Assembly: GCA_964057225.1 (NCBI GenBank)
Contig: OZ059894.1
Span: 8,866,001 to 8,930,000, forward strand
From: Auanema rhodensis
Lineage: Eukaryota; Animalia; Nematoda
Direction of reading: 5' to 3'
DNA length: 64,000 bases
Shown: positions 12,635 through 29,523 of the stretch, piece after piece
How the letters are laid out: each line of letters begins with the position of its first letter
Numbering within the stretch: position 1 is the stretch's first letter
Notes under the pieces: model-generated
Databases searched by the model: none
What the model saw: the letters and a program-made list of their open reading frames with translations, nothing else
Told to the model about the DNA's origin: nothing
Position numbers and translations under genes: made by a program

Positions 12635-15603
12635 TTAATCGTCATTCATAAACCTTCTTCGTTCTTCAAAGTCAGCCGGCTTAAATTCTCTACGCTCCAC
12701 ACGCCGGTATTCACGAGTGGTAGATGTGGTGTTCGGAGAATCATTGTGATAATACATAATAGACGCCTCCTTTGTTTCGTTTTTTTTCTCTGAATAGTTT
12801 TTATTAAAGTAGAAAGGTTAAATTCAAGTAATTGTTTTTACCACACATCCTCCTTGCAAAGAAAATAATCATCAAACAGCAGAAAAATACTACAACTACA
12901 GACAAAATTGAAAGAGCAGCAGTCGCCCAGAGTGGAACATGTTTAACCAAATCCATAACAGACATTTCACAGTCAAAATTTCCTTGAAATACAGTATACT
13001 GAGGCTTAAACGTCTTATCAAACCATCTTCCGTGAAACCGCAGGTTTTAAGTCGTGGCTCCATAATTTCATTTTCGGCTTGAGAGAGTGGTACAAGAGTC
13101 CAACGAGGATCAATGTCTTTCTCCCGTAGCGGATAGTTCAAATACCCACCATGAACAAGGCCATCCCCAAGTCTAAATTTTGGAATGCAACCGATGTGAG
13201 CTCAAGAAAAGTTCAAGGAATCAAAACAAATTTTTAAAAAAATACCGAAATGGAACATTGTTCTCCACATCTTCTGGTGACAAAGACCCAGCAATATAAT
13301 ACGGTATGTTATCAATATCTGCAGTTGCTTTATCAGCAAGCTTCGCAATGTCTAGAGTAGAGTAATCCGCCTGTCTACTGTCAATAACTACCAAATATCG
13401 CCTTCATATCATGTATTATACTAGCTATAATTAAACGTTACAAACCATGTTTCGCTGACTGTTGGGCTTTTAGCACTTGATATGTCAACATCTCTTTGAA
13501 AATCTGGTTTTCCCAAATTTGCTACAGTTGAAGTTGGGGGATTAATTGAGCACACTCTTTCTAATAGATTCCAGGGTCTTAATTTATGAAAAATGAGGTT
13601 TACAACTTTTTTAGAATATAAACCTGCGAATAAGAGGAACCCATTTGTTCCACACACCATCAACTTTCGCACGTACCTTAAAATTAATTTTGTTTTCTTC
13701 TCAGAATATACTAGGTACATCAAACGCAAAATCCCTAGGTCGTCGATGTAGATTAAAAATTAGGGCGCACATCCAATCGCAACCAAATTTCGGACAACTG
13801 GAATGTTTATGATTCGAATGAAAAGAGGTAAGAAACAAACACTAGCTCTTTCTCATAGAAAGGTTGAGTTTCCACAGGCTGTGAGTTATCGGCAGTAGAA
13901 TATCTAATCTGAAAACAAAACCCAAACTTTTAATTTCGATTCAAGAATACGTACCTGATACTGTACATCACCCAGTTGTCTCAGGGGTTGGAAAACAATA
14001 GAGACCGCTGTTTCTGTTTCAACTACAATTCGTGGATCACCAACAGCATACTCCCCTTGAGTTAACGTAGAGAAGACTGCCCATGAAACTTTTCTTTTGG
14101 GCCCACCAACCCATTTCACCCCCTTTTTGGACGTCTTGGAAAAGAACTTACAATAAGACTGGAAGAAAAAATACCTCCATATCAGACGTGGAGATGGATA
14201 CATTATAAGTTGAACCAGGGTGTAGGTTGCGAAGAGCTAATTCATTGGATCGACCAAGATCTCCAACGCCATCCATCGTTAACTCTTTATGAACATTATC
14301 TGGTGAATGAATAGTTCTGGCCCTCAACTGAAACACACAACAATGTAGTATCTACGATTACAATCACGAACAGTAAATTTCGATGTTGCTGATGGCAGCC
14401 AGTTTTGAGGCCATGTTAACGTAAGTGAATTTGGAGTTCTCTGCGTTAATTTGAGGACAATATCGTCCTGAGCAGTAGAAAGAGTTGAGAAAGTTGACCA
14501 CACCATATTCCCGTAACCATAACTTGTTCCTGCCTAAAATATCTTAGTTGATACCTAGATGAACAAACTGAGATGTGTATTGATAATAGAGAACCGGTGC
14601 GTATTTGTTTACAGTTGTGGAAATAAAGAGCAATGGAACAAAGAGATTCAGTTTTTGTTCAAAGTCAAAACGTAGTTTTTTTAGTTACTATTCAATACTC
14701 ATGATCTTATTTAAAACTTTTACCACGCTTTAGTGTACCTGTATAGTGATATTATACACAGTTCCAGGTTGAAGCTTGCCAATAGATACAGATGTTTTTG
14801 GAATTGGTATATTGAATGATAGTTTTTTTGTAGTTGTTTTAGATACAAGATTGAACTCATAAACATTGAGCTAAAACAAATTGTTTAAGAAAAAATTATC
14901 AGTGTTACACTTACAAGATGTTGATTTATGACAACATTATGTCCAGTTTCCTGTATATTAGGAGCAATCCACCAAACATTAAGAGAAGTGCTTGTTTTTC
15001 CCAATAAAGTTATTTCGGTGGGAGCGGGCATCCAATTCAGAGCTATAAAAGAAAAGCTAGTATTTCTAAAAGTCTTTTTGAGTTACTATTTCTCAAACAC
15101 TAACATGCTAAACTTGTTGTTGCCATTATACTCGCATACCATAAACTTTCCTCATCCTACAAAAATAACAGTAAATGATATTCAAATGTATATAAATCAA
15201 CCAAAAATGCTTCCACCGACACCCTATAGGTTGTATTACCCAATAAATTAACAAATGTATACTGGCGAGTAGATGATGGAACTTTGATAGAGATTGATGG
15301 CTTTGACGTCGGAAGGGAGCCTAATAAGCAAAATAGGACAGAGCTATTCTACAATCTTACTTCGAACTACAATAATCATCAAGCGCTGCCATGTTGTTTC
15401 ATTTGCAATCTGAGTAGGCAAGATCCATGATGCTGTGATCACATCGTTTCGAATATCCTGTATCACCACTGGATTATCCCATACATCGTCATCATAAAAG
15501 CCTAAACGAGCAACAGATTACTTTATTCCAATGAATTTCCCATACCTGAAGTACTACCTATAATTAATAAAAAGAAGGAACAAACTGAGAAGAAGTGTAT
15601 CAT
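12635..15603 (-). CDS. Type I membrane protein with several fibronectin type III repeats and a short cytoplasmic tail
   Basis: Signal peptide [15 protein letters not shown]; FN3 motifs ([27 protein letters not shown]); juxtamembrane [16 protein letters not shown]; [28 protein letters not shown]; ~55-aa tail; TAA at 12635-12637. Confidence 0.8.
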
Positions 15604-17039
15604 GTTGATTTGATGAACGATATTGATTGTGATTGGTTCGATATGATTAAAACACAGACAGGAATGTCCATCATCAACACTATCAGTCAAGCAAGGTCGT
15701 TTTCCTCTATTGCACAGTTTTCAGAATGACATATTACATTACGAAAATTGTCGATTTTGAGCTCATTTGTCATTTTATTTATAAAACAACATTAATTAGA
15801 GAATCAGAAATCTCATTCAATCTTACGATGAACAATAGATGAATGTAGCTCTACTCAACTATATAATAATTAAACTGATGGCACCCAAAATACTGACGAG
15901 GTATGCACAACCGCATTCATCTACAAATTGAAACTAAATAATTTGGAATGTACGTTTTGAATTCTATGCAAATGATAATGGGAGTTAACGTGAATCAAAC
16001 AATTTTTTTTCGATACATAGCTGTTTAAATTCAAATCAAGATGCATAAGGTTTTCTCGTTTTAAAAAATCATATATAAAATAACCTATATATGCGATAAT
16101 ATACAAATTTATAAGTATAGTTGACATCCTAGTTTTTTACTTTCACGTGATGTGGGCTAGAAGCTTCGTACTATTGTGTTCGATCAGTAATAGAAAAACA
16201 TCAATGTGTGACATGGCACTCAAGAAAAATAGAGAATTCTGGTTATGCTTAAAACTAACAAAGCTTCATATCAGTCAGTGGTTTTCCATATTTGTAGAAC
16301 TAATATCATTTTTACTACTTTTCATTATCGCATATGTTTACCTTTTAAATCTATATTATTTTCTTAATTTAAAAAAAATTCGAACCTGTCCCAATTGTTT
16401 TATATTTCTCACTGTTCTAGAAAAAGCAAAGTAGCTTACGATGATAAGAACAGACCTGATTGAATACGTCAGTCAGTTGACCATGTTTTCATTTTGAACA
16501 TATTTACTAAAATTTAAAACCATATGCAAGCCCAGATATTTCAGTTTACCTGTATTTTTCTTATTATTATTAAATTAATACTAATTTCATATTCATAGTT
16601 ATTTAATACTTATAACTTTCCAAGATTTTATATAAAGAAATTGTGTTCTTAAAGCGCACTTACAGTGCAGTTTGCTAATACGTATCAATTTTAATGTTGA
16701 CGAGATATATCAAAATTTTACTATTTTTTCTCGAGCTTTTTTCAATTTTAAATCCGTGATTTTATTAAATTTTGTTTGTTCAAAATTTTGAGATTACGAT
16801 TGAGCTGCTGAAAATAAAACACTGTCTAAGCTGATTTCCATTATTTATTTTCTTGAAGTAAATCAGTTATGTCCTCTCCCTGTTCGATGCTTACTGATCA
16901 TATACCCTTCAATATGTAGTGATATGATTCTTTAGGGCATATCTTTTCAATCTATACTTGTGGCATTGCGGAGTGTTCTTTTCTATTGTGAAAGAGATTG
17001 CTTTCGCAATCACCGTTGTCATATCATCATCTTTAAACC

Positions 17040-19896
<2,857 letters not shown>

Positions 19897-21548
19897 AGTT
19901 GGCCCAGTGAATATTGAATATCGAATATTCGGTAATTATACGTGTTTTACCGAATGTGGATAGAATATTTTTGTTATTGTTGTTAATACAGTTGTTAATA
20001 TTTTTAAGTAATTATAAAAATTTCTAGGTTTGAAAATGGTTATGAGATTGACGATAAACCGGAAGAAGGCGAACAAGTGTTCCAAGGGTCATAGGAAGCT
20101 TTAAATGATTTATATGAAACGTTTTCTTCAATAAATTTTAAATAAATTAATTAATATAGTGCATCCTAACCTTTTTTACTATTTTTAGTGGTTTTGACAA
20201 CTACTTTATATATTTTTGTTCGATTGTTTCCAAGTTTTGACAACTCTGACCAATCACACTTTAGCTTTCCTCCTTTTCTACTTATTTTTGTCACCTTTTA
20301 AATAAAGGTCTTCAATTAGAGTATGGAACTATAAGATAATAAAATAAGTTTCATTTTTTGTTTCTAATGGGGATCTATATGTGAAACCAGCAAAAAGCTA
20401 ATGAAACTTAATAAACTATATTTTTTTATTCTTTCCATTGTTTCATACTAGCTACTGTAACATGGCTTACAAGCTTGTTTAATGTATCATTCTTGAAAAA
20501 TTCATGAGATTTCTACTTTTAATTTTTCGACATTGTGAGTTAAGAGAATATTTCGCTAAATACTATTTGTTGGATATAGAGATATTGTAATTATGAATTT
20601 TCTATTTATTCTTAAGTCAGTCGTAAATAAGTTTGAACAATAATAGTACACATGTTCTGCACAAAGAACAATGTGTCAACAACATTAACCAGCATTGCTC
20701 TTTATGGTTTTTCACTCTGTTTAGCTTGTCAGGAAATTTGACTCCTCTTTATTTAGAATTGTAAAAAAGTTTTCAATGTCTTATTCCTTCCAGACTATGA
20801 TAACATATGGAGCTTTGGCGAAAGATATAATGTTACTAGCTTTAAAGCTAGCAACATATGGAATCATATCATAATCAAAGAATGCTAGGGTTAATAGAAC
20901 TATTGAACCAACATGTAAGTGATGGTAAATTAATTGCCGTTATGTTTCTTGTATTTTCAGGATAACAAGATTGATTGATAAATTACTGAGAATAATATAC
21001 GAGAGACTTCACTGAGGGAACAGAATACAAAATTGTACCGTTTTCTGTGTAAAAATAAGACGTGTACGTTCCACATGCCTTCACCAAGTTGCGAGTGACG
21101 CATGATCCTCCTTGAGTTTTCGTTAATATTGATTGCAGCCTGTTGATCTATTCATTATGATTATTTAGCTTTCATATATATTGTAAGTATTAAATTAGGT
21201 AAATTTTTATAAGTTTTTAAATTTTGTAGAATTTAAAGTATTTATGCTACTGGAAAACAAAACAATGGACTACAAGTATTGCAAGGATTGTAGCAAATGT
21301 TAAATAGCTTATTTGAAACTTTTTTTATTTAAATTAAAGTAAATCAATTATTTTACTGTGCACTTTTTTTTACAATAGAGTAGTTTTGACTATTACGAAA
21401 TATATGTTGATTGGGATTTCTGAAGGTTTTGCTTATCGACGAGCGCTCACTGCTTGTAAAAGAGTTTCCGCTATCTCTCGTTATAGAACAAGGAGTTTTG
21501 TTTATAGATCAAGTGCGATAACTTTGTATATAAGTCGTGATAATCTTA

Positions 21549-24500
21549 ATGGCTAGTTTTCGAGGCTCATCTGACTTCAGTATGTTAATTCATCTGTTAT
21601 TTTCTTTAATAATTTTTGTTACGATATGAGAGGAGCAGGAGCAGGAGCAGGAGGAGGTTCGCGTGAACACTGTGGCAGTCAATATGGTCGTGGAGGTAGT
21701 ACAGCAAGTACTCATAGAACAGCGGAGTTTGGCCGTACAGGTGTCAATAACTGGGACCTGAAAAATACACAAGGTTAGATAACAAAAACTGACTTTTTTA
21801 AAATGTTTTCTATTAGATTCGTTCAATCAACGACCAGTCGAAAATTTTTCTAACAACTTTGGTCAGCAACCATCTCGTGGCTCATTTTCTGCAGGTCGTG
21901 GTGAATCACGCTTTCCGCAAAATCGATTTGATCGGAATGAGCCGAAACCTTTCGTTGGAAGCTTTAATAGATCGGGTCCTCTCGAAAATCGATCAACGAA
22001 TTCTTCTAATTTTTTGAACCAGAATGACAGAAGAGATAGAAGAGATTATAATTATTCTGATAATAGTGACAGCCGCAACTTTTCTAGTCGTTTTGAGAGA
22101 ATGCAATTCCCAAACGATCGTAACCAATTCTCCAATCATAATTATGACGATAGTCAAAATTCTGAACATAATCATCAACAACAATTCTACGGAGAACAAT
22201 ATTCTGAATTTTCACGTTCTCGCAATGAAAGCTATAATGGAAGAAGTGATTTTGCACGTGGGAAACCACCATTAAGAATGAATAATGATGGGAGCCGAGG
22301 TTCTAGTTCTGGAGTATGGTCATCCAATGATGGTCACAGACAAGGCTTTGAACAAAGAGAGTCGAGATACGATGATCATAATCAGAATTCTGGACGTGGT
22401 GGACGTGGTGGACGTGGTGGACGTGGTGGACGGTCATTTACGAACAGTTTCAACAACCAAGCCTATGGTTACAATGAACATCACGCTTCCCGTGACCAAG
22501 GCAATGAACAGTTTCGACGTGGTGAAAGTTCATCCTATCCTGATAATTTTGCGGGAAATGGATCTTCTAATGACCAATGGGACCAAAGAAGAAACTTTTC
22601 ACAAAGTGGTAATTATACAAACCGGAGTGAACAAATGCAAGGTTTTTCATACCTTTTCTTCTCTCTTAATTTGAGGTTTTATAGAAAGAGCTCCTATGGG
22701 ATGGACTCCCAACTCAGTTGATGTTGAACAGGAGTTCCAGGATGATAAAAATAAAGCAAGAAACGATGATTATCAAAACAACGAAATTTTTAAAGTCAAC
22801 GGATCGGAAGATGTGCAATTGAGGTGATTAGAGTTGAGTTATCAAGTTATCTAATCATGTTCTAGTACCTGGGAGGAATGTGGCATTGATCCTAAATTAA
22901 TTGATAATATTGTGCTAAAAAGTGGTTTTGTTAATATCCGGCCCATACAAGGAGTTGTCATTCCACAGGTATTCATTATTTAGTGTTTTCTCTTTTTCAA
23001 GCTATTCTTCTGCATCTTATTTATAACTTTAGGTGCTTGCCGGACGCAATTTGATTGGACATTCGCAAACGGGTAGTGGAAAAACACTTGCTTATATTGT
23101 GCCCATTGTTCATAAAGTAATATCATTTTTTCGTTTATTTCCTAATAATAGCTATTTTTAACAGTTATTATCACTATCGCCGGAAACTTTGAAATCTTTA
23201 TTCATGCCTCAAGTCCTGGTTATTGTACCTACCAGAGAGTTGGTTATTCAAATTTGCACTGAGTTTAAAAAAGTTTCGCATGGTAACAAATATGATTTTT
23301 TTATAACTAAACATCATATTTAAGGTACATCACTAGTAGCTGAGCCGGCTTTCGGCCAGTATAGTAGGAGAACAAATTTGCAAAAAATTAGCAATGCGAA
23401 TATAATTGTCGGAACTAGCGGGAGGCTAAACGACTTTGCAAGCAGAGAAGTTAAATTTTTTTCTTTGAACAAGATATATATGGTATTTTTAGCTTAATCT
23501 TAGTGGGCTTCGCTTTTTGGTTATCGACGAGGCCGATAAAATTTTACAGGATAAGAGCCCAGATGTTGATAGTTTGCTCCAAAATCCTAAATTAGCCAAA
23601 TCGGTCAGTTTTATATAGCTAGAGATATTGATATAGTCATATTTTAAGAATAATAATCGGCAAACACTTATGTTCACTGCAACAATTCCGGAAGACTTTG
23701 ATCGTTTAACAAGGACAATTTTTTCGGGACCCTATGTCACTATTACTAATGAGAGAAAGCTACAAGCTAATCCACGCGTTCAACAAATTTACATGAAAGT
23801 TGAAAGTTTGAATGATAAACATATTCATCTTGCCGATGTAATGAAGAATGCCGAACGTACTTTTAATATTTTTTTGTTATAAATAATATAAATATTCCAG
23901 GTCAAAAAATTCTAATTTTTGTTCAAACGAAAACAATGGCTGATATATTAGCTGCTAAGTTTGAACAAGACGGTATAGCTGTTGAAAGCATGCACGGGTA
24001 TTCCTTTTGTAAAGATCAAAAGATTGTAATAAAGCGTTTAGGGGACGTCCACAAGATATTCGATCTAGGATTTTTAACAATTTCAAAAGTGGCGAAACCT
24101 GTGTTGTTATTGGAACTGATGTATGTGGAAGGTGCTCAAAATGTTTCTTCAATTTTTAATATCAATTATATACTTCAGGGGTTGGGATGTTGATGGGCTA
24201 GACATTATTGTCAACTTTGATTTGCCATCTCAAAAAGAAAGCATCGATGCTGTGATGGATGTAGGTGTTTATGGTTAGGAGGTACAGTGTGTAAATAATT
24301 TCAGACTCTGATACATCGTCTTGGTCGAACAGGAAGGCATAAGGATGGCAAAGCATATACTTTCCTTCTCGATGAAGATGAACCTCTAGTACCTAAATTG
24401 GTTGAAGTAAGTGATATGAATTTTTATTCTTAAATTTCTGTTAAGTTATGTCGAGCTTCTAATCAAGAAGTTCCGGAGTTCATGCAGCGAATTGTTGATG

Positions 24501-25320
24501 GTATCTCACATTCTTCATCCACTAGTCAATTCGCAAATGAATTTAATAACACAAACTTTTTCTCTGAGAAGAATGAGCACAGTGCTCAGGAAAATGTTGC
24601 TGAAAATGACCACTGTAATGTTAGCTGGGGTGGTAATGAGAACTGGGAATCTAAGAATGAAGGTATGCTAACAGTTTATTTTATTATAAAAAAGACACGC
24701 TATGATGACTGAAACTAAGTAAATAAGGAAAATACAGTATGTAAGAAAAGGTTTAAACAAAGCAAAGCACTACAGATTATGCAGCGAATGTTCATCCTAT
24801 TCCTACGCGTGGTCGCCGTTTGTCCAGTAATCGTGGCTCTATGACTATGCGAACTAACTACCACTCACCTATTTCCTCTCCTTCTGCTCCTGTTGATCGT
24901 AGTACTCTTTGTTCTTCTGGTAATGAGCCATGCACGCCTTCTACTGAGAAACAGCCTATCAAATTAGAAAACTCGCCTAGTGTTTCTGATGAGTGGGATA
25001 GTAGCGGATTAATTTGGGGCTCAGGTATAGTGTTCCTAATCAAATGTCGCGCTTTTAACACCTTGCTTGATTTTTCTTCTACTTTCATATCTTTCAAAAG
25101 TATCTATAGTTTTTAAATAGTCATTTTCTCTTTAGGATCGACTGAGCAGTTTGGTCAGAAAGGTTTTGAAACATCTGAGCAATTAGGTCAGAAAGGCTTT
25201 GGAACATCAGAAGAGGAATCTGATCATCCAAGTATGTTTGAAACTAAAAAAAAGGAATCATGGAATTGTTTAGAATTACTGAGTGCTGAGGATCCAAGCA
25301 ATGGTGGAGGTGAATATTAA
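21549..25320 (+). CDS. rde-12: Vasa/GLH-like DEAD-box RNA helicase with an RGG/N-rich disordered N-terminus, probable RDE-12 ortholog
   Basis: Q motif GFVNIRPIQ; SQTGSGKT; PTREL; DEAD; FTAT; LIFV; HG..Q..R; RGLD; HRLGRTGR. It lies directly downstream of letm-1, as recalled for C. elegans F58G11.1/F58G11.2. The helicase call is firm; the symbol is inferred from synteny. Confidence 0.75.
22392..22433 (+). repeat. Coding 9-bp tandem repeat (GGACGTGGT)x4 encoding GRGGRGGRGGRGGR
   Basis: Directly visible within the helicase N-terminal exon. Confidence 0.9.
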
Positions 25321-25452
25321 GATTTTTCCCAGAATAGGAAATCGGATTCCATCAAAGTCTTGCCACTTTTAATATTATATGCCTGCCACTTTTATCTTTA
25401 TATAATTCAAATATTATGAGTTTTATTGCATAATTTTCTAAATAAATGAATA

Positions 25453-27383
25453 TCATCTGCTTTTGAAATATTCAATAACACGATCTGCTTCTTTTAAACC
25501 TGATGCATAGGCTCCACTTGTTGTTTGATACAACGAAGGATGAGTGTGTTCACCTGCGAAGCAGACAGCAAGCCTATTTCAGAATTATTCACGCTATTAC
25601 TCGAGAAAAAAAAACTCACTTATCATCATGCTTAAGAGGCTCTGCCATTTGTCGATAGGCATTCTCTCCGTGGTTATAGGAAGATGGGGATAAGTAGGAA
25701 TAGGCTCCTTTTGTATGCGGATCAGTTTTCCATCGATGCCTATAATTGTTGAAATAATTTGAAAAGAAACATGCCAGATATCACATGATTAAGCGGATGG
25801 GCGACGGAATTGTTGAATTTTGTAACATGAGTCGTAAAAATTCAGTTATATTTGACATAATCTCTGTATCTGTCATGTGCGACATAGCCTCAGGTCCAGT
25901 TCCTGATAGCCAAATCTTGATTGTCTAAAAAAATCAAATAAATTTTGAGTTTTTTCTTAGAAACAACTGTCCCACGTTTGGGTAACCTTCCACAATTTCG
26001 AGACGTCTCAACGAATTAGTAAAACTTCTGTTCTCAGTAGCATTATCAAGGGGCAGGGGCACAATTGTAGAAGTATTATTATCCCACCATTGTTCATCAT
26101 ATTCAAGAAAAATTTTCTCAAGTTTTCCGAAACCTGGAAGTTGTTAAGATATTTCGAATCATTTTCCGGAATTTACCTAAATCATTAATTACTTTCGTTT
26201 TCAATTCGTCCATTTGCGGTTGGAAAAGTTCGGTATTTTCCTTTAGCACTCCTAGGGGTACAGTAACAATCACTACATCACAACTTACAATTCTGCCGGA
26301 ATGTAATATTATTCGAATAGGCGATGCTAAATATGAAAGGTTTTTACTTTGCTTATAATGACGTACAAGTCCATTCGATGGTTTTAACAACAGAGTTGAA
26401 ATGAACATTGTTTAAAGATATTCTACTTATTAATTCTTGGAGAATCGCCTAAAATTGATCAATTGAGCATTGTTACAAAGTATAAAACGCCTACTCCAAA
26501 GCCATCACCTTTCAATGTAAAGGAGGCGTCACTATTATTTTCATCATCCCATGTTTGAAAGTTGCCCGAAGCCAACTGAAAAAACAAGATATGTATTGTG
26601 TACTAATCTAAAAAGGGAATGCATTAATTTTACCTCATCAACTGGGGATGACCATTCAGATTCATAATAACTAATATATGTTTTAGCCAATTCGTCATAC
26701 ACCAGCTTCTCCGATTCATGAGTCTTCACAAATAGTGAGTTTAAGCAGATGCATATTCAACTTACTTTTAAGAATTCTTTATATTTGGCTAGAAATAACT
26801 CCCCGATGCTTAATTTTGGATTTTTTTCAGCCACAGCAATAAAGTCATCTTCGAGTGGATCTACAAACTCACGCCAAATTCGTAAATATTCCCTGCAATT
26901 CTGGTTGTATTTAAGAAATAGGTTACGATGAAACGTACGGATCGAATTTTACAGAACCTGAAACAATTGTTGGATTGTTTTCAAAGATACCATAATCAGG
27001 TTCTACTTCAGAAATAATACCTGTAATATTTATAAAATTGTTTGTTAATTAGAAAAACGTTACCAAGTTTTGAGGCAATTTTATACATTTCATTATTTTT
27101 CCCATTTATATATTCGGCACCAAGCTGTAAAGCGTATCCGTCTAAATATATTATAATGATGATTTTATTTATGTGATAATCATCTAACTATGCTTATAAG
27201 GGAAAACTCTTCCTCCTAGCCTATTAGTAGCTTCCAATAGTTCATAACTTATATTATTCTTCTCGAACTGTGCAGCTGCTGATAGCCCTGCAAATCCTCC
27301 TCCAATGATACAAGCATGTTTTTCAGCTTCCTGGAAAAAACAATAACATTATATGAATTAAAAAAGGAGATATTTCGAACCAT
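25453..27383 (-). CDS. Flavin-containing amine oxidase (spermine/polyamine oxidase-like)
   Basis: IIGGGFAGLSAA FAD-binding motif; LLEATNRLGGRV; LGAEYING; VTVPLGVLK; GAYSY; FAGEHTHPSLYQTTSGAYASG. Confidence 0.9.
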
Positions 27384-28407
27384 TTTGTGCTGGGAAGTTA
27401 ATGTCTAAATCTACTCTTATCAATTGATAAGTGACAATCTATTCAATCGAAAATCAAAAGGCCAATATATTTCACATTAGATATAGAAAAAACTGGGTAT
27501 TGAGATGGGTAATAACAAACTTCAGAAGTGGCAAGAGAAACACTAAATAAAGTTTCGGATTCATGTTTATTGTGACAGCCCAAACAAACAGAACAGGCAA
27601 CGAACCGAAGCACATATCCATATGAGCAAATACAAAACAAGTGAACAAGCCATTGATGCACTTGAGAAATTAGTGACACGTTGTTTTTAATATATGAATA
27701 ATCCTGGAACGTCAAGATTCAAAAACAAATTCACTGTTTTATTCATAAAGAATTAAAATTAAAAAAATAATAATCACCTTTTGACTATAACTGGTAAATG
27801 AAACTGTATAGTGAAATTGAGATCTCTATATTCACAAGTGAAGTTCTAAAGTGAATCATTTGACAAGTTCATTTTACACCTATTTTCCCACGGGGACAGT
27901 GGTTTGCGAAAGTTCAAGCAAAAGTATTGGATTACAACAGTTAACAAGCGATGAACTACCGCAATCAGAACAAATAGTTCAGGGTTTAATTAGACTTCCA
28001 CAACGTTTTTTTAAATTCGACAATGGAACCTTTAATCGTAATTACTCTTTACTTTGTTGTTTATTCGGAAAAACTTCATGCAGTCGTGTAATCTTCAGAA
28101 ATTTCAGTTTTCTTTCCGTAAGAAAACTGAAAGTTGTATAAAAAAAGACAAATGCATTATCGTGCACTTTATATTTTTAAATAGACAGTGAAAACAGTTT
28201 TCATTTTCTTAATCTAGAAACTTTTGTATCAATTGTATGACTGAGATGTCCATGATGAGTGATAATAGACAAAGGATATCAAGATAAAGGGGTAAGGCTG
28301 GTGTTGACCCGCCCTTAATCTTGTTTCAGCTGCGCATCTTCTTCATCTGTTTCTTCTTTAATAGGAATAATCATCCAACAATCACTTTCTCTTCCTTATT
28401 ATATGAA

Positions 28408-29523
28408 ATGAAGTTCCTAGCTCTTCTCCTTATTTCTGTTCCAACAATTTCAAATGCATTCTTTATGTTAGGTTTGTATTAATTTTGCACTTTATAATAG
28501 AATTAAACTGAAACTACTTTTGCAGGAACAGGCGGGTGTGGCTGCTCTGCTCCTCCATCATGTCCACCTCCTCCACCACCTCCAGTTTGCGCTCCAGCAC
28601 CAAGTTGTGGCTGTCATGCTGTTGCTCATGGAGCTAGAACAGTGCCAGCATATGCAGCTTTGAAAACTGATGAACTAGACATGGTGAATTTACGTTTTAA
28701 ACATTACATTTATAATATAATGACGGGATAGATTTTTCGTCATCCCGTTACCTTACCTGTACATGAAATCGAGAAAAGCAACTTTGAAATATTTAATTAT
28801 TATGGGAGTCATTTATGTTTATTTAAGCGTGCTACTGCTTTTGGAATTCCTATCCAATCTGATGGTACTAATATCAGAAACATAGAACAGCTCGAGAGAT
28901 TAGGAGAACAGTATGCCCACAATGTAGACGCCTCTTCCATTCCAATCGAAAAAGTTGAACTTTCACATAGACACTTTTGTAATTTGCACTCTAGATTGAA
29001 GATGCTGATCTTTTCGCTGCTTTGAAGAAGAGTACAGATATTCGAAGAGCGCCTGTTGTTTCGGTTACTAAGCAGGTTTAGTTTTTCTCAAGCTTTAGAT
29101 TATTTCAACATTTTATGTGAGCCAAAACTAATTTTAAAAAGAACTTTCACATAAAATATTTAATGTTCTGAAGTTCCAGGATGAGATTACTACAACCACA
29201 GTAGCTACTGAAACAAATAAAGTAAAGGGTGAGGAATCTAAACCAGCCAATGATAAGTGCAACAGTGAAGTTCTCCACAAGCTCATGCTTGAGGTATTTC
29301 TTTTTTTCCGGTAATACTAAATCTCACACTATATTTATAGCATATATCCGACAATTCTTCGGAATCTAAAAGAAAAATCAACGTTGCTGCTGAAGCTAAG
29401 TTCAGTGGAAACGTTGACGTAGTCTGTTCCCGCGGACATTTCTCATACGTCTTTTCTTCAAATTTATACTGCGAAGCCACCAAAGGACTTACAACCTGCA
29501 TAGCTTATCGTCAAGCAGCATGA
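28408..29523 (+). CDS. Hedgehog-related ground-like (grl family) secreted protein
   Basis: Signal peptide; Cys/Pro-rich N-terminus; ground-like domain KCNSEVLHKLM..SKRKI..FSGNVDVVCSRGHFSY..NLYCE..TCIAY. Confidence 0.9.

Noticed and set aside
20028-21060. Exon-like fragments between letm-1 and the helicase (acceptor ~20028; intron-like ~20916-20960)
   Set aside because: Stops interrupt every frame tried and no coherent gene model or homology could be supported.
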